Positions 17,346-27,069 of a stretch of DNA of 64,000 nt are shown here, one piece after another. The notes below the pieces were generated by a model. It searched no databases. It was not told where the DNA came from and saw nothing but the letters and a program-made list of their open reading frames with translations. Positions within the stretch are counted from its first letter, which is position 1. Every line of letters begins with the position of its first letter. Source of the stretch: Acidobacteriota bacterium (GTDB taxonomy: Bacteria > Actinomycetota > Acidimicrobiia > Spongiisociales > ZC4RG35); the NCBI GenBank assembly GCA_022573225.1, contig JACZUI010000003.1:11798-75797 (forward strand), given 5' to 3'. The position numbers and the translations under genes are program-made.

Positions 17346-17977
17346 GTGAACAATGTCGAACCTCGTGTTGTCGTAGTGGCCAACCGGCTGCCGGTCTCTT
17401 GGGACGACGAGGCCGAGGCATGGCAAACAAGTCCCGGAGGTCTGGTTGCTGGCCTGACGCCGATCCTCGAGCAAACTCGGGGCACTTCGGTCGGCTGGTC
17501 GGGAGTTCCCGATCGTGAATTCGCCCCTTTCGCCCACGGTGGCATCAGGCAGTTGCCGGTTGATCTGACTCGTGCCCAGTCCGAAGAATTCTACGTCGGA
17601 TTCTGTAACGGCACGCTTTGGCCCCTCTATCACGACTCGGTCAGAGCACCCCAGTTCCATCGCCATTGGTGGAGGCCCTACAAGGAGGTGAACCAGCGGT
17701 TTGCCGACGTTGCGGCCAAGGCGTTGACCTCGGAAGACGTTGCCTGGGTCCAGGACTATCAGCTCCAACTGGTGCCCCAGATGCTCCGGGAGATTTCAGA
17801 CCTGCATCGCATCGGCTTCTATCTCCACATCCCTTTCCCTCCAGTGGAGCTCTTTTCGAAGATGCCTTGGCGGAACCAGACGAGGCAAACCGACGAATGA
17901 AGGGCTTGAGGCGGTCGGTTTCGTCCCACGACGTCTTCTGGTGGGCAGAGCGTTGTCTGAGCGCACCGGGCATTTGA
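17346..17977 (+). pseudogene. otsA: Trehalose-6-phosphate synthase, internally deleted and frameshifted
   Basis: N-terminal motifs VANRLP, GGLV, LWPLYH, WVQDYQL, HIPFP end at stop 17900; OtsA-like C-terminus RRMKGLRRSVSSHDVFWWAERCL in another frame to 17977. Confidence 0.85.
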
Positions 17978-18699
17978 ACCTGTTTCAGGCCATCGACGAT
18001 GCGGTCGCGGGCGGCGGTCTTCTGGTCGCGGCAGATTTTGATGGCACGCTGGCCCCGCTGGTAGCCAACCCCGACGAAGCAGTGACGAATTCCAGGGCAA
18101 TGGCTGCTCTCCTCGAGCTGGCCTCTCGAACAGGGGTCACGGTGGCCATCGTGTCAGGCCGGCGTCGCGAGGATCTCGAAAGCCTTGTGGGGCATGCGCC
18201 CGGTGTGACTCTCGTTGGCGAGCATGGAAACGACTACGGGGATTCGTCGGGCCCGATTGACTCCCAGATCGGCGAGATCAGATCCGAATTAGAGGCGGTT
18301 GCCGCGACGGCGCCCGGATCCATCGTGGAGTCGAAACGCCACTCGGTGGCTTTTCACCATCGAAACGCTGGGAGGAAGGATGCCGCCAGAGCCCTCCAGC
18401 GAATTCGAGCGTGGGCCGCCGACAGAACCGGGATCACGATCACGGAGGGAAAGATGATTCTTGAGCTCAGCGTTGCCACCAGAGACAAGGGCAACGCCGT
18501 TGCCGACCTGATCGACGAATCGGGTGCACGAAGCGTTCTGTTCTTAGGCGACGACACAACCGACGAGACCGTCTTCGCCATGTTGCGGCCCGTCGACATT
18601 GGGGTCAAGGTTGGCCCGGGGGCATCGGCTGCCAAATACCGGGTCAAGGACATTGAAGCGGTGGCAGAGCTGTTGGAACGGGTCAATGACGTCTTCTAG
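17974..18699 (+). CDS. otsB: Trehalose-6-phosphate phosphatase
   Basis: DFDGTLAP, IVSGR, GEHG, DKG, GDDTTDE; TTG start overlaps the otsA-remnant stop (TTGA). Confidence 0.9.
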   Translation: MNLFQAIDDAVAGGGLLVAADFDGTLAPLVANPDEAVTNSRAMAALLELASRTGVTVAIVSGRRREDLESLVGHAPGVTLVGEHGNDYGDSSGPIDSQIGEIRSELEAVAATAPGSIVESKRHSVAFHHRNAGRKDAARALQRIRAWAADRTGITITEGKMILELSVATRDKGNAVADLIDESGARSVLFLGDDTTDETVFAMLRPVDIGVKVGPGASAAKYRVKDIEAVAELLERVNDVF

Positions 18700-19645
18700 T
18701 ACCACTTCTAGTGCCACTGGGAGCGAACAGTCGGTTACCCGGGAAGACATCCGGTCGGCCGCTGGGCGAATCACCAGCCACATCCGAAAGACCCCGGTGC
18801 TTCCGCTGGGAGACGTCTTCGACCGCGGCTTTGAGCTGTCGTTGAAGCTCGACAATCTGCAGCCGACCGGGTCTTTCAAGGTTCGTGGTGCATTCTCCGC
18901 GTTGACCTCGATCGAGATTCCGGCTGCGGGTGTGGTTGCGGCGTCAGGGGGCAACTTTGGGCTGGCGGTCGCCTACGCATGTCAGCGACTCGGCCATGAG
19001 GCAACGATCTTCGTCCCGGAGATATCACCGGCGGAGAAGACAGCCAAGATTGCTGCATTGGGAGCCGACTTGCGTTTCATTCCGGGGTATTACGCACAGG
19101 CGTTGGAGGCCTCTGAAGAATGGGCTGGCGACAAGGGGGCAGTGGAGGTCCACGCCTATGACCAACTCGAGGTAATGGCGGGACAGGGCACCTGCGCACT
19201 TGAGATCAGCCGTCAGGTTCCAAACGTGACCTCGGTCCTGGTCGCCGTTGGTGGAGGCGGTCTGATAGGAGGGATCGCCAGTTGGTTGCGAGACGACGCC
19301 GTGGTTGTGGGAGTCGAGCCAGAACTGTGCCCCACCCTGCACGAGGCGCGCCGCCAGGGGGGTCCGGTCGAGGTGGAAGTTGGTGGCGTAGCGGCCTCGT
19401 CTCTCGGAGCAGCCCGGTTAGGTGATCTACCTTGGATGGCAAATCGGTGGATCGACCAGTCCCTCCTCGTCGACGATGGGGACATCGTCGAGGCCCAGAC
19501 CTGGCTGTGGGAGACGTGTCGCATCGTTGCCGAGCCGTCGGCGTGCACGACGATCGCGGCGCTTCTCACCGGCGCCCTGCAACCTTCTTCGGAAGACAAG
19601 GTGGTGGCAGTCATCTCCGGTGCCAACACAGGAGTCGAGTTCTAG
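18686..19645 (+). CDS. Threonine/serine dehydratase family PLP enzyme
   Basis: LQPTGSFKVRGA, SGGNFG, AGQGT, VGGGGL. Confidence 0.88.
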   Translation: MTSSSTTSSATGSEQSVTREDIRSAAGRITSHIRKTPVLPLGDVFDRGFELSLKLDNLQPTGSFKVRGAFSALTSIEIPAAGVVAASGGNFGLAVAYACQRLGHEATIFVPEISPAEKTAKIAALGADLRFIPGYYAQALEASEEWAGDKGAVEVHAYDQLEVMAGQGTCALEISRQVPNVTSVLVAVGGGGLIGGIASWLRDDAVVVGVEPELCPTLHEARRQGGPVEVEVGGVAASSLGAARLGDLPWMANRWIDQSLLVDDGDIVEAQTWLWETCRIVAEPSACTTIAALLTGALQPSSEDKVVAVISGANTGVEF

Positions 19646-20028
19646 GAGTCTGTTGAGCGGGCTCCTAACGGCTGGTCCGAGGCGGGCTCCATCAAACCAA
19701 AGACCTCGCCGCCGGGTCCTTCGATCTGGATCCATCTTCCCACGCCTTCGATCTCCATTACATCGGTGAGGAGGCTCCCGCCGCTGATTTCCACGGCCTG
19801 AATCGCCGCATCCAGATCGTCGACATTGCAAGTGGCCAGCGTTTTTGGCCCATCGTCACCGGAGCGCGCCACGGCGCCGTTGATCCCGGGGCCATCGCCG
19901 GTATCGAGTAGCCAGTAATCCTCGTCACCCCATCGCTGCGCGGCCCAGCCGAAGGCCTTGGCGAGAAACTTGACGGTCGCCTCGGGGTCGTTCGAATAGA
20001 ACTCAAAGTGGGTCGGTCGCACCGCCAC
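19642..20028 (-). CDS. VOC (glyoxalase/bleomycin resistance) family protein
   Basis: HFEF, FGW, GINGA, VDDLDA, GEVFGLME; AGGAG RBS. Confidence 0.85.
   Translation of the reverse strand: MAVRPTHFEFYSNDPEATVKFLAKAFGWAAQRWGDEDYWLLDTGDGPGINGAVARSGDDGPKTLATCNVDDLDAAIQAVEISGGSLLTDVMEIEGVGRWIQIEGPGGEVFGLMEPASDQPLGARSTDS
19643..19667. mobile_element. Collapsed MITE-like element (two ends joined)
   Basis: TAGGAGTCTGTTGAGCGGGCTCCTA shares both ends with the elements at 21016 and 37802. Confidence 0.55.
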
Positions 20029-20139
20029 GTAGTCTCCTCTCAGTACACATCGACGTATCAGGTCGCTGTAGGGAACCTAGTGCCCAGTGGCCCATGACGA
20101 GTCCTTGGGTAGGGGAACGTCCAGAGCCATACTCGCCGC

Positions 20140-21033
20140 GTGATCCGCACTTTCGTCAAGACCCTGGCTGAAGGGTTTCTCATGGGCTCGGCGAATCTGG
20201 TTCCTGGAGTCTCCGGCGGAACTATTGCCCTGGTACTTGGCATATACGAAAGACTGATCGACTCGATCACGGAGGGTAGTTCTGCTCTGGGCGCTCTCGT
20301 CAAAGGGGATCTGAAAGGTTCCAGTCAGCGTTTCCGGCAAGTGGAGTGGCCTTTCCTGCTGTCGATGATGGCTGGGATTCTCCTGGCAGTGGTCCTGCTT
20401 GCGGCCTTTCTCGAACGCCAGTTGGAGGAGCACCCCACAGTGCTCGCGGCCGCGTTCTTCGGCCTGGTCGCCGGGTCGATAATCGTCGCGTGGCGTTTGC
20501 TCGAGAGCCCAGGACCGCGACACCTTGTCCTCGCGACTGTGGTCGGCGTGGTGCTCTTTGTCCTCCTTGGCCTGGGAGGCACATCGGAGGCCATCGACCC
20601 CGGGTTGATCGCCTTTTTCGGAGCCGGAGCCTTGGCGATCTGTGCCATGATCCTGCCCGGGCTCTCAGGCTCGTTGCTTCTAATCCTGGTCGGGATGTAC
20701 GCCGCCGTTCTCGCCGCCGTCAACGATCGGGATTTCCAGAGTGTCGCTGTCTTCGCTCTTGGGGCGATAATCGGGCTGGCCCTGTTCTCCCAGATCCTCC
20801 ACTGGGCATTGGAGCATCATCACGACTTTCTTCTGGCCGGACTGGTTGGTCTGATGGCTGGATCCCTCCGGATACTGTGGCCCTGGCCCGATGGCGTTGG
20901 CAGCGCAATGATCGCGGCCCCGGGAGATGATTGGGTGGTTGCTCTGCTTGCCTCTGTTGTCGGCCTCAGCGCCGTGTTCCTCATATCCCGCATCGGCGAT
21001 GCTCGGGGCGCGAACCAGGAATCTGCCGAATGA
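20140..21033 (+). CDS. DUF368 membrane protein (putative undecaprenyl-phosphate translocase)
   Basis: GFLMGSANLVPGVSGGTIA and AMILPGLSGS repeats. Confidence 0.9.
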   Translation: MIRTFVKTLAEGFLMGSANLVPGVSGGTIALVLGIYERLIDSITEGSSALGALVKGDLKGSSQRFRQVEWPFLLSMMAGILLAVVLLAAFLERQLEEHPTVLAAAFFGLVAGSIIVAWRLLESPGPRHLVLATVVGVVLFVLLGLGGTSEAIDPGLIAFFGAGALAICAMILPGLSGSLLLILVGMYAAVLAAVNDRDFQSVAVFALGAIIGLALFSQILHWALEHHHDFLLAGLVGLMAGSLRILWPWPDGVGSAMIAAPGDDWVVALLASVVGLSAVFLISRIGDARGANQESAE

Positions 21034-21070
21034 TGCCGTTGAGTGACATGCGTTGTTCAGCGGGCTCCTA
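21016..21070. mobile_element. Short MITE-like element
   Basis: CAGGAATCTGCCGAATGATGCCGTT...GAGTGACATGCGTTGTTCAGCGGGCTCCTA; right ~31 bp differ by 1 nt from 37938-37968. Confidence 0.7.
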
Positions 21071-22045
21071 AAACGCTGCGACCTTTTCCTCTGACCCGGA
21101 GCCGATCAAATGATGGCTGAGCCGTTCCCACACCTCGGGCCGGGCCAGCGTCCGCTTCATCGAGATCAGGGTCCGCATGAATGTTGCCACTGCCCGGGAT
21201 GGATCCATCGGGTTGGGACGCATTGCATTCTGCACTGAAGGCGACGGACTCAGTGTCACCACATCACAATCAGGCCAGGCGCTCTTGATGATCTTGATCT
21301 CCTCCTGCAGCGAGCGCTGGCCGACACGATCGAACATCTTTTCGTGAAACATGGCGCCTTTGCGTTGAACCTCCGCAGCAAGCGGCGCGATAACCAGAAC
21401 CAGGTCGAGCGGCCGATCGGAACCAAGAACCAGGTCGGCGTGGGTGCCCGAGGCGACACCACCATCTACATAGAGGCCATCGCCGACGGAGTAGGGCCTG
21501 AAGAAGAGGGGGATCGCTGACGAGGCCGCGACTGCGTCGGCCAGCGCCGCCTCTGGTGCACCCTCAGTTCCGAAGGCGGTTCGGGTCCGGGAGCGAAGGT
21601 CATACGCGACAACAGCTGTCGGCCTGTCGGGCCAAGAGCCCGCAGCGGCTTGTCCTATCTGGGACGTGACCCAGTTCGACAAACCGGCGGCGTCGTAGCG
21701 TGCCGGGGAGCCGAGAAACATGGTCAGACCCGGCCTGCGAATGGCGGGGGCGATGCCGTAGCGAAGCCATTTCCCCACGGCTACGCCCGGGCCGGCATTG
21801 AAAACATGGCTACGGATACGCTGGGCAACGGCTGCCCGGTCGTCGTCTCGGAGCACCAGTGAGTCCAGGTCGAGGGCATCGTTGCGCACCAGCGCCGCAA
21901 CATATGCACCGCTCGAGGTACCTACTAGAACCTCAGAGTCGTTCGGTTCCCAGCTAGTAGCGATACGTATCGCCATGAGGGCCGCCATCTCATAGGCGGC
22001 GCCAGTTATGCCTCCTCCACCGAGGACCAGTCCTACCCTGCGCAC
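21068..22045 (-). CDS. Patatin-like phospholipase
   Basis: GGGG, GTSSG, ASSAIP, DGG. Confidence 0.9.
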   Translation of the reverse strand: MRRVGLVLGGGGITGAAYEMAALMAIRIATSWEPNDSEVLVGTSSGAYVAALVRNDALDLDSLVLRDDDRAAVAQRIRSHVFNAGPGVAVGKWLRYGIAPAIRRPGLTMFLGSPARYDAAGLSNWVTSQIGQAAAGSWPDRPTAVVAYDLRSRTRTAFGTEGAPEAALADAVAASSAIPLFFRPYSVGDGLYVDGGVASGTHADLVLGSDRPLDLVLVIAPLAAEVQRKGAMFHEKMFDRVGQRSLQEEIKIIKSAWPDCDVVTLSPSPSVQNAMRPNPMDPSRAVATFMRTLISMKRTLARPEVWERLSHHLIGSGSEEKVAAF

Positions 22046-22114
22046 CGGCTCACCATAGGAGCAGGCGAGCGTCTTCGTAGATCGCCACAGACCACCGGTT
22101 TGCGCAATAGAGAC

Positions 22115-22324
22115 TTAGCCGAAGGTTTGGCCACATCCGGTGCATCGTTGGTCATTTTCCTGCGTAGGCCCGTAACACCATGGGCATGGCAGGTCGTCGC
22201 CTCGGTCGTCCCGCGGGGTCACAACCAGTGATGGACTCACTTCGTAGCGCTGATTTCCCCTTATCCCCTTAGCCAAAGCGAACAGACCAGTAGTCGCAGT
22301 TGCTGCTATCAAAGCTTCCAACAT
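22115..22324 (-). CDS. Small protein with hydrophobic N-terminus and zinc ribbon
   Basis: AAGGAGG RBS; CPWC-x10-CTGC. Confidence 0.6.
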   Translation of the reverse strand: MLEALIAATATTGLFALAKGIRGNQRYEVSPSLVVTPRDDRGDDLPCPWCYGPTQENDQRCTGCGQTFG

Positions 22325-22387
22325 CGGTCCGTCCTCCTTGCCTTCGCAGCGATGAGGCTAAGAGGGGACCCGGCAGATTCGGTGGAT

Positions 22388-23233
22388 TTAGGTACCGAGA
22401 ACGGCCTCGGTCAGATCGTTGACCAGGTATTGGAGGTCGCCTAGCCGTCCTTCTCGGACCTCGGCTGCCTCGAGCATGAGCATCGACGCGTGGTAGGCGA
22501 CCCACGGCCGGTAACGACTCTCGGGAAGCTCGGCTTCGTAGCCACTCCGGAATGCGGCGGCGGCGTCCTCACCGATGCGGCCTGCCAACTGCCAGACGGT
22601 GAAAGTCAAGTCCCACTCCGGTGGAGCGAGCGTGGCCCACTCCCAGTCGACGATGGTCACTTCAGACTCGTCGTTGACCATGATCTTGGACAGCATCGTC
22701 TTGGTATGAGACGGGGCAGGTTCCGTGGCCAGCGGTGGCTCCATTTCCAGAGCCCGCTTGAGGACCTCCTGCTCCATGCCGAATCGGCGGCGGTACCTGC
22801 CGAGGCGCTCGATGGTGGAGCGATAGTGGCTCAGCACATAGTCGGCATCTATGCCGGCCGACAGATTGGTGATTTTCACATTTGACGTGTGAATGCCGCG
22901 CAAGGTCTTGCCGGCGGTCTCGACGGTCTCAACATTCTTGGGGAGCGTCCCCAGGCTCCAGTGGCCGCCGTCGGTCAACTTGAGCCAAGCCATTTCGCCC
23001 TCGGTTCCACCGTTGAGGATACGGGGAACGCCTGGAGTGCCCGACAGGGCCTCGAGAGCGTATCGCTCTCGCCTTTCCCGGGATGCAACCGGGTAAACCT
23101 TGATAATCGTGTCTGGACCGTCGGAGTCATCCACGCGGAACACCTTGTTGGCCCCGGCTCTAGCGATGGAGCCCGAAAGTTCCCGCACGTTGGCGTTCGG
23201 ATGAAGACTTGCGACCAGCTCTCGAGCGTCCAT
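22388..23233 (-). CDS. Aminoglycoside phosphotransferase/choline kinase-like protein with degenerate catalytic loop
   Basis: NKVFRV, IIKVY, VPRIL, LRGIH, IVDWEWA...PEWDL. Confidence 0.75.
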   Translation of the reverse strand: MDARELVASLHPNANVRELSGSIARAGANKVFRVDDSDGPDTIIKVYPVASRERRERYALEALSGTPGVPRILNGGTEGEMAWLKLTDGGHWSLGTLPKNVETVETAGKTLRGIHTSNVKITNLSAGIDADYVLSHYRSTIERLGRYRRRFGMEQEVLKRALEMEPPLATEPAPSHTKTMLSKIMVNDESEVTIVDWEWATLAPPEWDLTFTVWQLAGRIGEDAAAAFRSGYEAELPESRYRPWVAYHASMLMLEAAEVREGRLGDLQYLVNDLTEAVLGT

Positions 23234-23324
23234 TCTCTGGTAACCCTTCTTCTGATTGAAATGCCGACTCCGTTGGTCCGGCAGGCAATTAGCCTCTTGG
23301 CGCACCAGGCTAGCGAGTGAGATA

Positions 23325-25259
23325 GTGCCAGTAGATCTTCAATATCCTGACGGAACCGTCGTCACCCATCCGGGTGGCGTGACCGGTCTGGAGGTGGCCG
23401 AGTCGATCGGTCCCCGATTGGCCAAGGCGGCCGTTGCGATCAAACTCGATGGGGAGTTGCACGATCTCTCGCGGCCTATCGACTCCGACGGCGACTTTGC
23501 CGTAGTCACCCTGGACAGCGAGGACGGGTTGCACATCCTGAGGCATTCCTCGGCCCATGTCCTCGCCCAGGCAGTACTTGACCTCTTTGAGGGCGCCACG
23601 TTCGCCATCGGACCGGCAATCGAGGACGGCTTCTACTACGACTTCAAGGTCGAACACCCCTTCACCCGTGAGGATCTGGACAAGATCCAGGAGCGAATCG
23701 GCGAGATCATCGCCGAAGATCAGCCTTTTCAGCGGATATCGATGTCACGGGATCAAGCTCTGGGAGTCTTTTCGGATCACCAGTTCAAGACAGAGATCAT
23801 CGAAAGCGTCGACACCTCCGAGCTGGGTGGCGGCGAGGAGGTGACGGCCTACCGAAACCTTGACTTCATCGATCTCTGCCGGGGGCCGCATCTGCCCTCG
23901 ACCGGTCGTATTCCGGCGATCAAGCTCCTCCGCAGTTCCGGCGCCTACTGGCGTGGTGATGAGAAGCGCGACCAGCTTCAGCGTATCTACGGAACCGCCT
24001 GGGGCTCGACCAAGGATTTAGAGGCGTACCTTCACCGCCTCGAGGAGGCGGACAGGCGGGATCACCGCCGTCTCGGGCCCGAATTGGACCTGTACAGCTT
24101 CCCGCAAGAGCTCGGAGTGGGTCTGGCGGTGTGGCATCCCAAGGGCGGGATGTTGCGCAAGATTCTCGAAGACCACAGCCGGGCCATGCATCAACGGTAC
24201 GGCTTCGACTTTGTCTTCTCGCCCCACGTGGCCAAGTCCGACTTGTGGAGGATGTCGGGTCATCTCGACTACTTCGCCGAGAACATGTACCCAGCCATGC
24301 AGCGCGGCGACGACCCCGAGTATCGGCTCAGGCCGATGATGTGCCCATTTCACGCGCTGATCTATCGGAGCAAGGGGCGTTCCTACCGAGACCTGCCGCT
24401 CCGGTTCTCAGAGTTGGGTGGGGTTTATCGCTACGAGATGTCGGGTGCTGTTCATGGCCTGCTGCGAGTCCGCGGGCTGACCATGGACGACTCCCACACG
24501 TTCTGCACCGAGGATCAGATCCAGGACGAGCTGACGATGCATCTCAAGTTCGTCATCAACTGGCTGAGAGATTTCGGATTCGACGAGTTCGAGGCGGATC
24601 TCAGCACTAGGCCGGAGAAGGCAGTCGGGGACCCCGCCCGTTGGGAGGTCGCCGAGGCGGCGCTCGCCGACGCCCTGGAAGCCAACGGCGTTTCGTATCA
24701 GATCGACGAGGGCCAAGGAGCCTTCTACGGGCCCAAGATCGACGTCCACATCAAGGACGCGATCGGCCGTCGCTGGCAAGTGTCGACCATTCAGCTCGAC
24801 TTCACCCTCCCGGAAAGGTTCGAACTCGAATACGTCGCCGCGGGCAATGTGACCGAGCGGCCTTACATGATCCACTGTGCCAAGGCCGGCTCGATCGAGC
24901 GGTTCATGGCGATCCTGGTGGAGCATTACGCCGGTGCGTTTCCCATGTGGCTCGCCCCGGTTCAGGTGTCGGTGATACCTGTGGCCGATCGCCATGACAA
25001 GTACGGCGGCCATGTGGCCGACCGGCTTCGGGCGGCGGGGTTGCGAGTCGAGGTCGATGTCTCCAGCGACACCGTCGGCGACAAGATTCGGATCGCTCTC
25101 ACTCAGAAGCACCCGGCTGTGATCGTTGTTGGTGATAGCGATACCGAGAACACCAGCGTCGGACTGCGGTTCTATGGGGAGGACAAAGACACCCGGGGGG
25201 TCCCACTTGACTCTGCTGTCGACCAGCTGGCCGAGATGGCGAAGGCCCCTGGGACGTGA
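23325..25259 (+). CDS. thrS: Threonine--tRNA ligase
   Basis: TGS domain, HSSAH, DLCRGPH, RDHRRLG, GAFYGPKID. Confidence 0.97.
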   Translation: MPVDLQYPDGTVVTHPGGVTGLEVAESIGPRLAKAAVAIKLDGELHDLSRPIDSDGDFAVVTLDSEDGLHILRHSSAHVLAQAVLDLFEGATFAIGPAIEDGFYYDFKVEHPFTREDLDKIQERIGEIIAEDQPFQRISMSRDQALGVFSDHQFKTEIIESVDTSELGGGEEVTAYRNLDFIDLCRGPHLPSTGRIPAIKLLRSSGAYWRGDEKRDQLQRIYGTAWGSTKDLEAYLHRLEEADRRDHRRLGPELDLYSFPQELGVGLAVWHPKGGMLRKILEDHSRAMHQRYGFDFVFSPHVAKSDLWRMSGHLDYFAENMYPAMQRGDDPEYRLRPMMCPFHALIYRSKGRSYRDLPLRFSELGGVYRYEMSGAVHGLLRVRGLTMDDSHTFCTEDQIQDELTMHLKFVINWLRDFGFDEFEADLSTRPEKAVGDPARWEVAEAALADALEANGVSYQIDEGQGAFYGPKIDVHIKDAIGRRWQVSTIQLDFTLPERFELEYVAAGNVTERPYMIHCAKAGSIERFMAILVEHYAGAFPMWLAPVQVSVIPVADRHDKYGGHVADRLRAAGLRVEVDVSSDTVGDKIRIALTQKHPAVIVVGDSDTENTSVGLRFYGEDKDTRGVPLDSAVDQLAEMAKAPGT

Positions 25260-25744
25260 GCGAGCAGCAACCACGTGTAGACCGAGGCGGAATCCACATT
25301 GAGAGCGACCTGGCCGAGTCCCTGGTCATCGAGGAGGAGCTCGATTCCAACATCGTCGGCCCCTACCGGTTTCCCGCTCCCACCCGTCGACGGATCTCGG
25401 GCTGGATTTTCGTTGCCTTCGCGGCGATAGCGCTGTTGAGCATCGATGGCGGTTGGGTCCCTGCCATCGGGTTTGTCGTCCTGGCGATCTGGCAGTTTGC
25501 GTCGGCTTGGCCCCTGAACATCGATGAGCACAAGGCACTTGAGATCGCAGCTGCTGCGGTCAGCTTTCCGGTTGGGCACGCGTCGGCGGCAGTGACCTTC
25601 CAGGGGATCCGATCCCGACCGCGGTGGAGTGTGGTGCTCTATTCGGCCGAAGAACCACCGGACCAACGGGGCCTCGTCGTTGTGAATGCGGTATCTGGCG
25701 AGGTCGACGAGAATCCCTACGTGGAGAATGTCCCAGCGGTTTAG
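25256..25744 (+). CDS. Hypothetical membrane protein
   Basis: GTGA coupling to thrS; two TM segments. Confidence 0.7.
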   Translation: MSEQQPRVDRGGIHIESDLAESLVIEEELDSNIVGPYRFPAPTRRRISGWIFVAFAAIALLSIDGGWVPAIGFVVLAIWQFASAWPLNIDEHKALEIAAAAVSFPVGHASAAVTFQGIRSRPRWSVVLYSAEEPPDQRGLVVVNAVSGEVDENPYVENVPAV

Positions 25745-25760
25745 AGGTCTCTCTCGGCCG

Positions 25761-27044
25761 CTACCGGTGATCGATTGCTACGAAATCTCTGAGCGCCGGT
25801 CCGGTGTAGAGCTGTCGAGGGCGGAAGATCTTGCTGTCCGGGTCTGCCGAAAGCTCACGCCACTGCGCAATCCATCCCGGCAGTCGACCGAGGGCGAAGA
25901 GAACCGTGAACATGTCGGTTTGGAATCCCATCGCCCGGTAGATGATGCCCGAGTAGAAATCCACGTTGGGATAGAGCTTTCGTGAAACGAAGTATTCGTC
26001 CTCGAGGGCGACCTGCTCGAGTTGGATGGCCACATCTAGCAAGGGATCGTTGATTCCGAGGCCAGTGAGAACATCCTCCGCAGTCGCCTTGAGGATCTGG
26101 GCTCTCGGATCGAAGTTCTTGTAGACCCGGTGGCCGAAGCCCATCAGACGGAACGGGTCCTCCTTGTCCTTGGCCCGCTTGACGACGGTGTCGATGTCGT
26201 CTCCGCTCTCCACGATCTGCTGCAGCATCTCGAGCACAGCCTGGTTGGCGCCGCCGTGGAGAGGCCCGGAGAGGGCATGAATCCCGGCCGCGATCGAGCT
26301 GAAGATATTGGCCTGACCGGAGCCGACAAGGCGCACCGCGGAAGAAGAGCAGTTCTGCCCATGATCGGCGTGGAGGATCAGAAGCATGTTGAGCGCCTTC
26401 GCCACAACCTGGTCGACCTCGAAGTCCTCAGCGGGGATCGAGAACATCATCTTCAGAAAGTTCGAGGAGTACGGGAGTTCGTTGTCCGGGTACGCGTAAG
26501 GCTGATGAACTCGGTATTTGTAGGACCAGGCGATCATCGTTGGGGTTTTGGCGACTAGGCGGTGCGCGCTGATGTCGACCGACTCCTCGTCGAGAGGGTT
26601 GAGGGCATCGGGGTAGTAGGTGGCCAAGGCCGAGGTAGCCGATGCCAGTATCTGCATCGGATGAGCCGAATGGGGGAAGGCCTCAAACAGGTGTTTCATA
26701 TCCTCCCTCAGGAACGTGTGCCGGGTGATCGTTTCCGAGTATGTGTCGAGCTGACTCTGCGTCGGCAACTCCCCGTACTGAAGCAAATAGGAGACCTCCA
26801 GGAACTGGGCGCTCTCGGCGAGTTGCTCGATGGGGTAACCCCGATACCGGAGGATGCCCTCTTCGCCGTTGATGTAGCTGACTTTGGATTCTCTCTCGGA
26901 GGTGTTGGCGAACCCACGGTCGGCGGCGATCAGCCCTAGTTCGGCGCGCAGATTCCCCACGTCCACGGCGGTCTCGCCCTCGGTGCCGACATAAGTCGGA
27001 AGAGTCATCTCCTTGTCACCATGTCGGAGAACGGCGTCGGCCAT
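25761..27044 (-). CDS. gltA: Citrate synthase
   Basis: HADHGQN, GPLHGGAN, GFGHRVYK, YPNVDFYSG. Confidence 0.96.
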   Translation of the reverse strand: MADAVLRHGDKEMTLPTYVGTEGETAVDVGNLRAELGLIAADRGFANTSERESKVSYINGEEGILRYRGYPIEQLAESAQFLEVSYLLQYGELPTQSQLDTYSETITRHTFLREDMKHLFEAFPHSAHPMQILASATSALATYYPDALNPLDEESVDISAHRLVAKTPTMIAWSYKYRVHQPYAYPDNELPYSSNFLKMMFSIPAEDFEVDQVVAKALNMLLILHADHGQNCSSSAVRLVGSGQANIFSSIAAGIHALSGPLHGGANQAVLEMLQQIVESGDDIDTVVKRAKDKEDPFRLMGFGHRVYKNFDPRAQILKATAEDVLTGLGINDPLLDVAIQLEQVALEDEYFVSRKLYPNVDFYSGIIYRAMGFQTDMFTVLFALGRLPGWIAQWRELSADPDSKIFRPRQLYTGPALRDFVAIDHR

Positions 27045-27069
27045 CCAAATCCCTTCCGATAAACCTAAG

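Noticed and set aside
17860..17900. Programmed frameshift restoring OtsA
   Set aside because: No slippery sequence, and the joined product (~210 aa) would still lack the nucleotide-sugar domain
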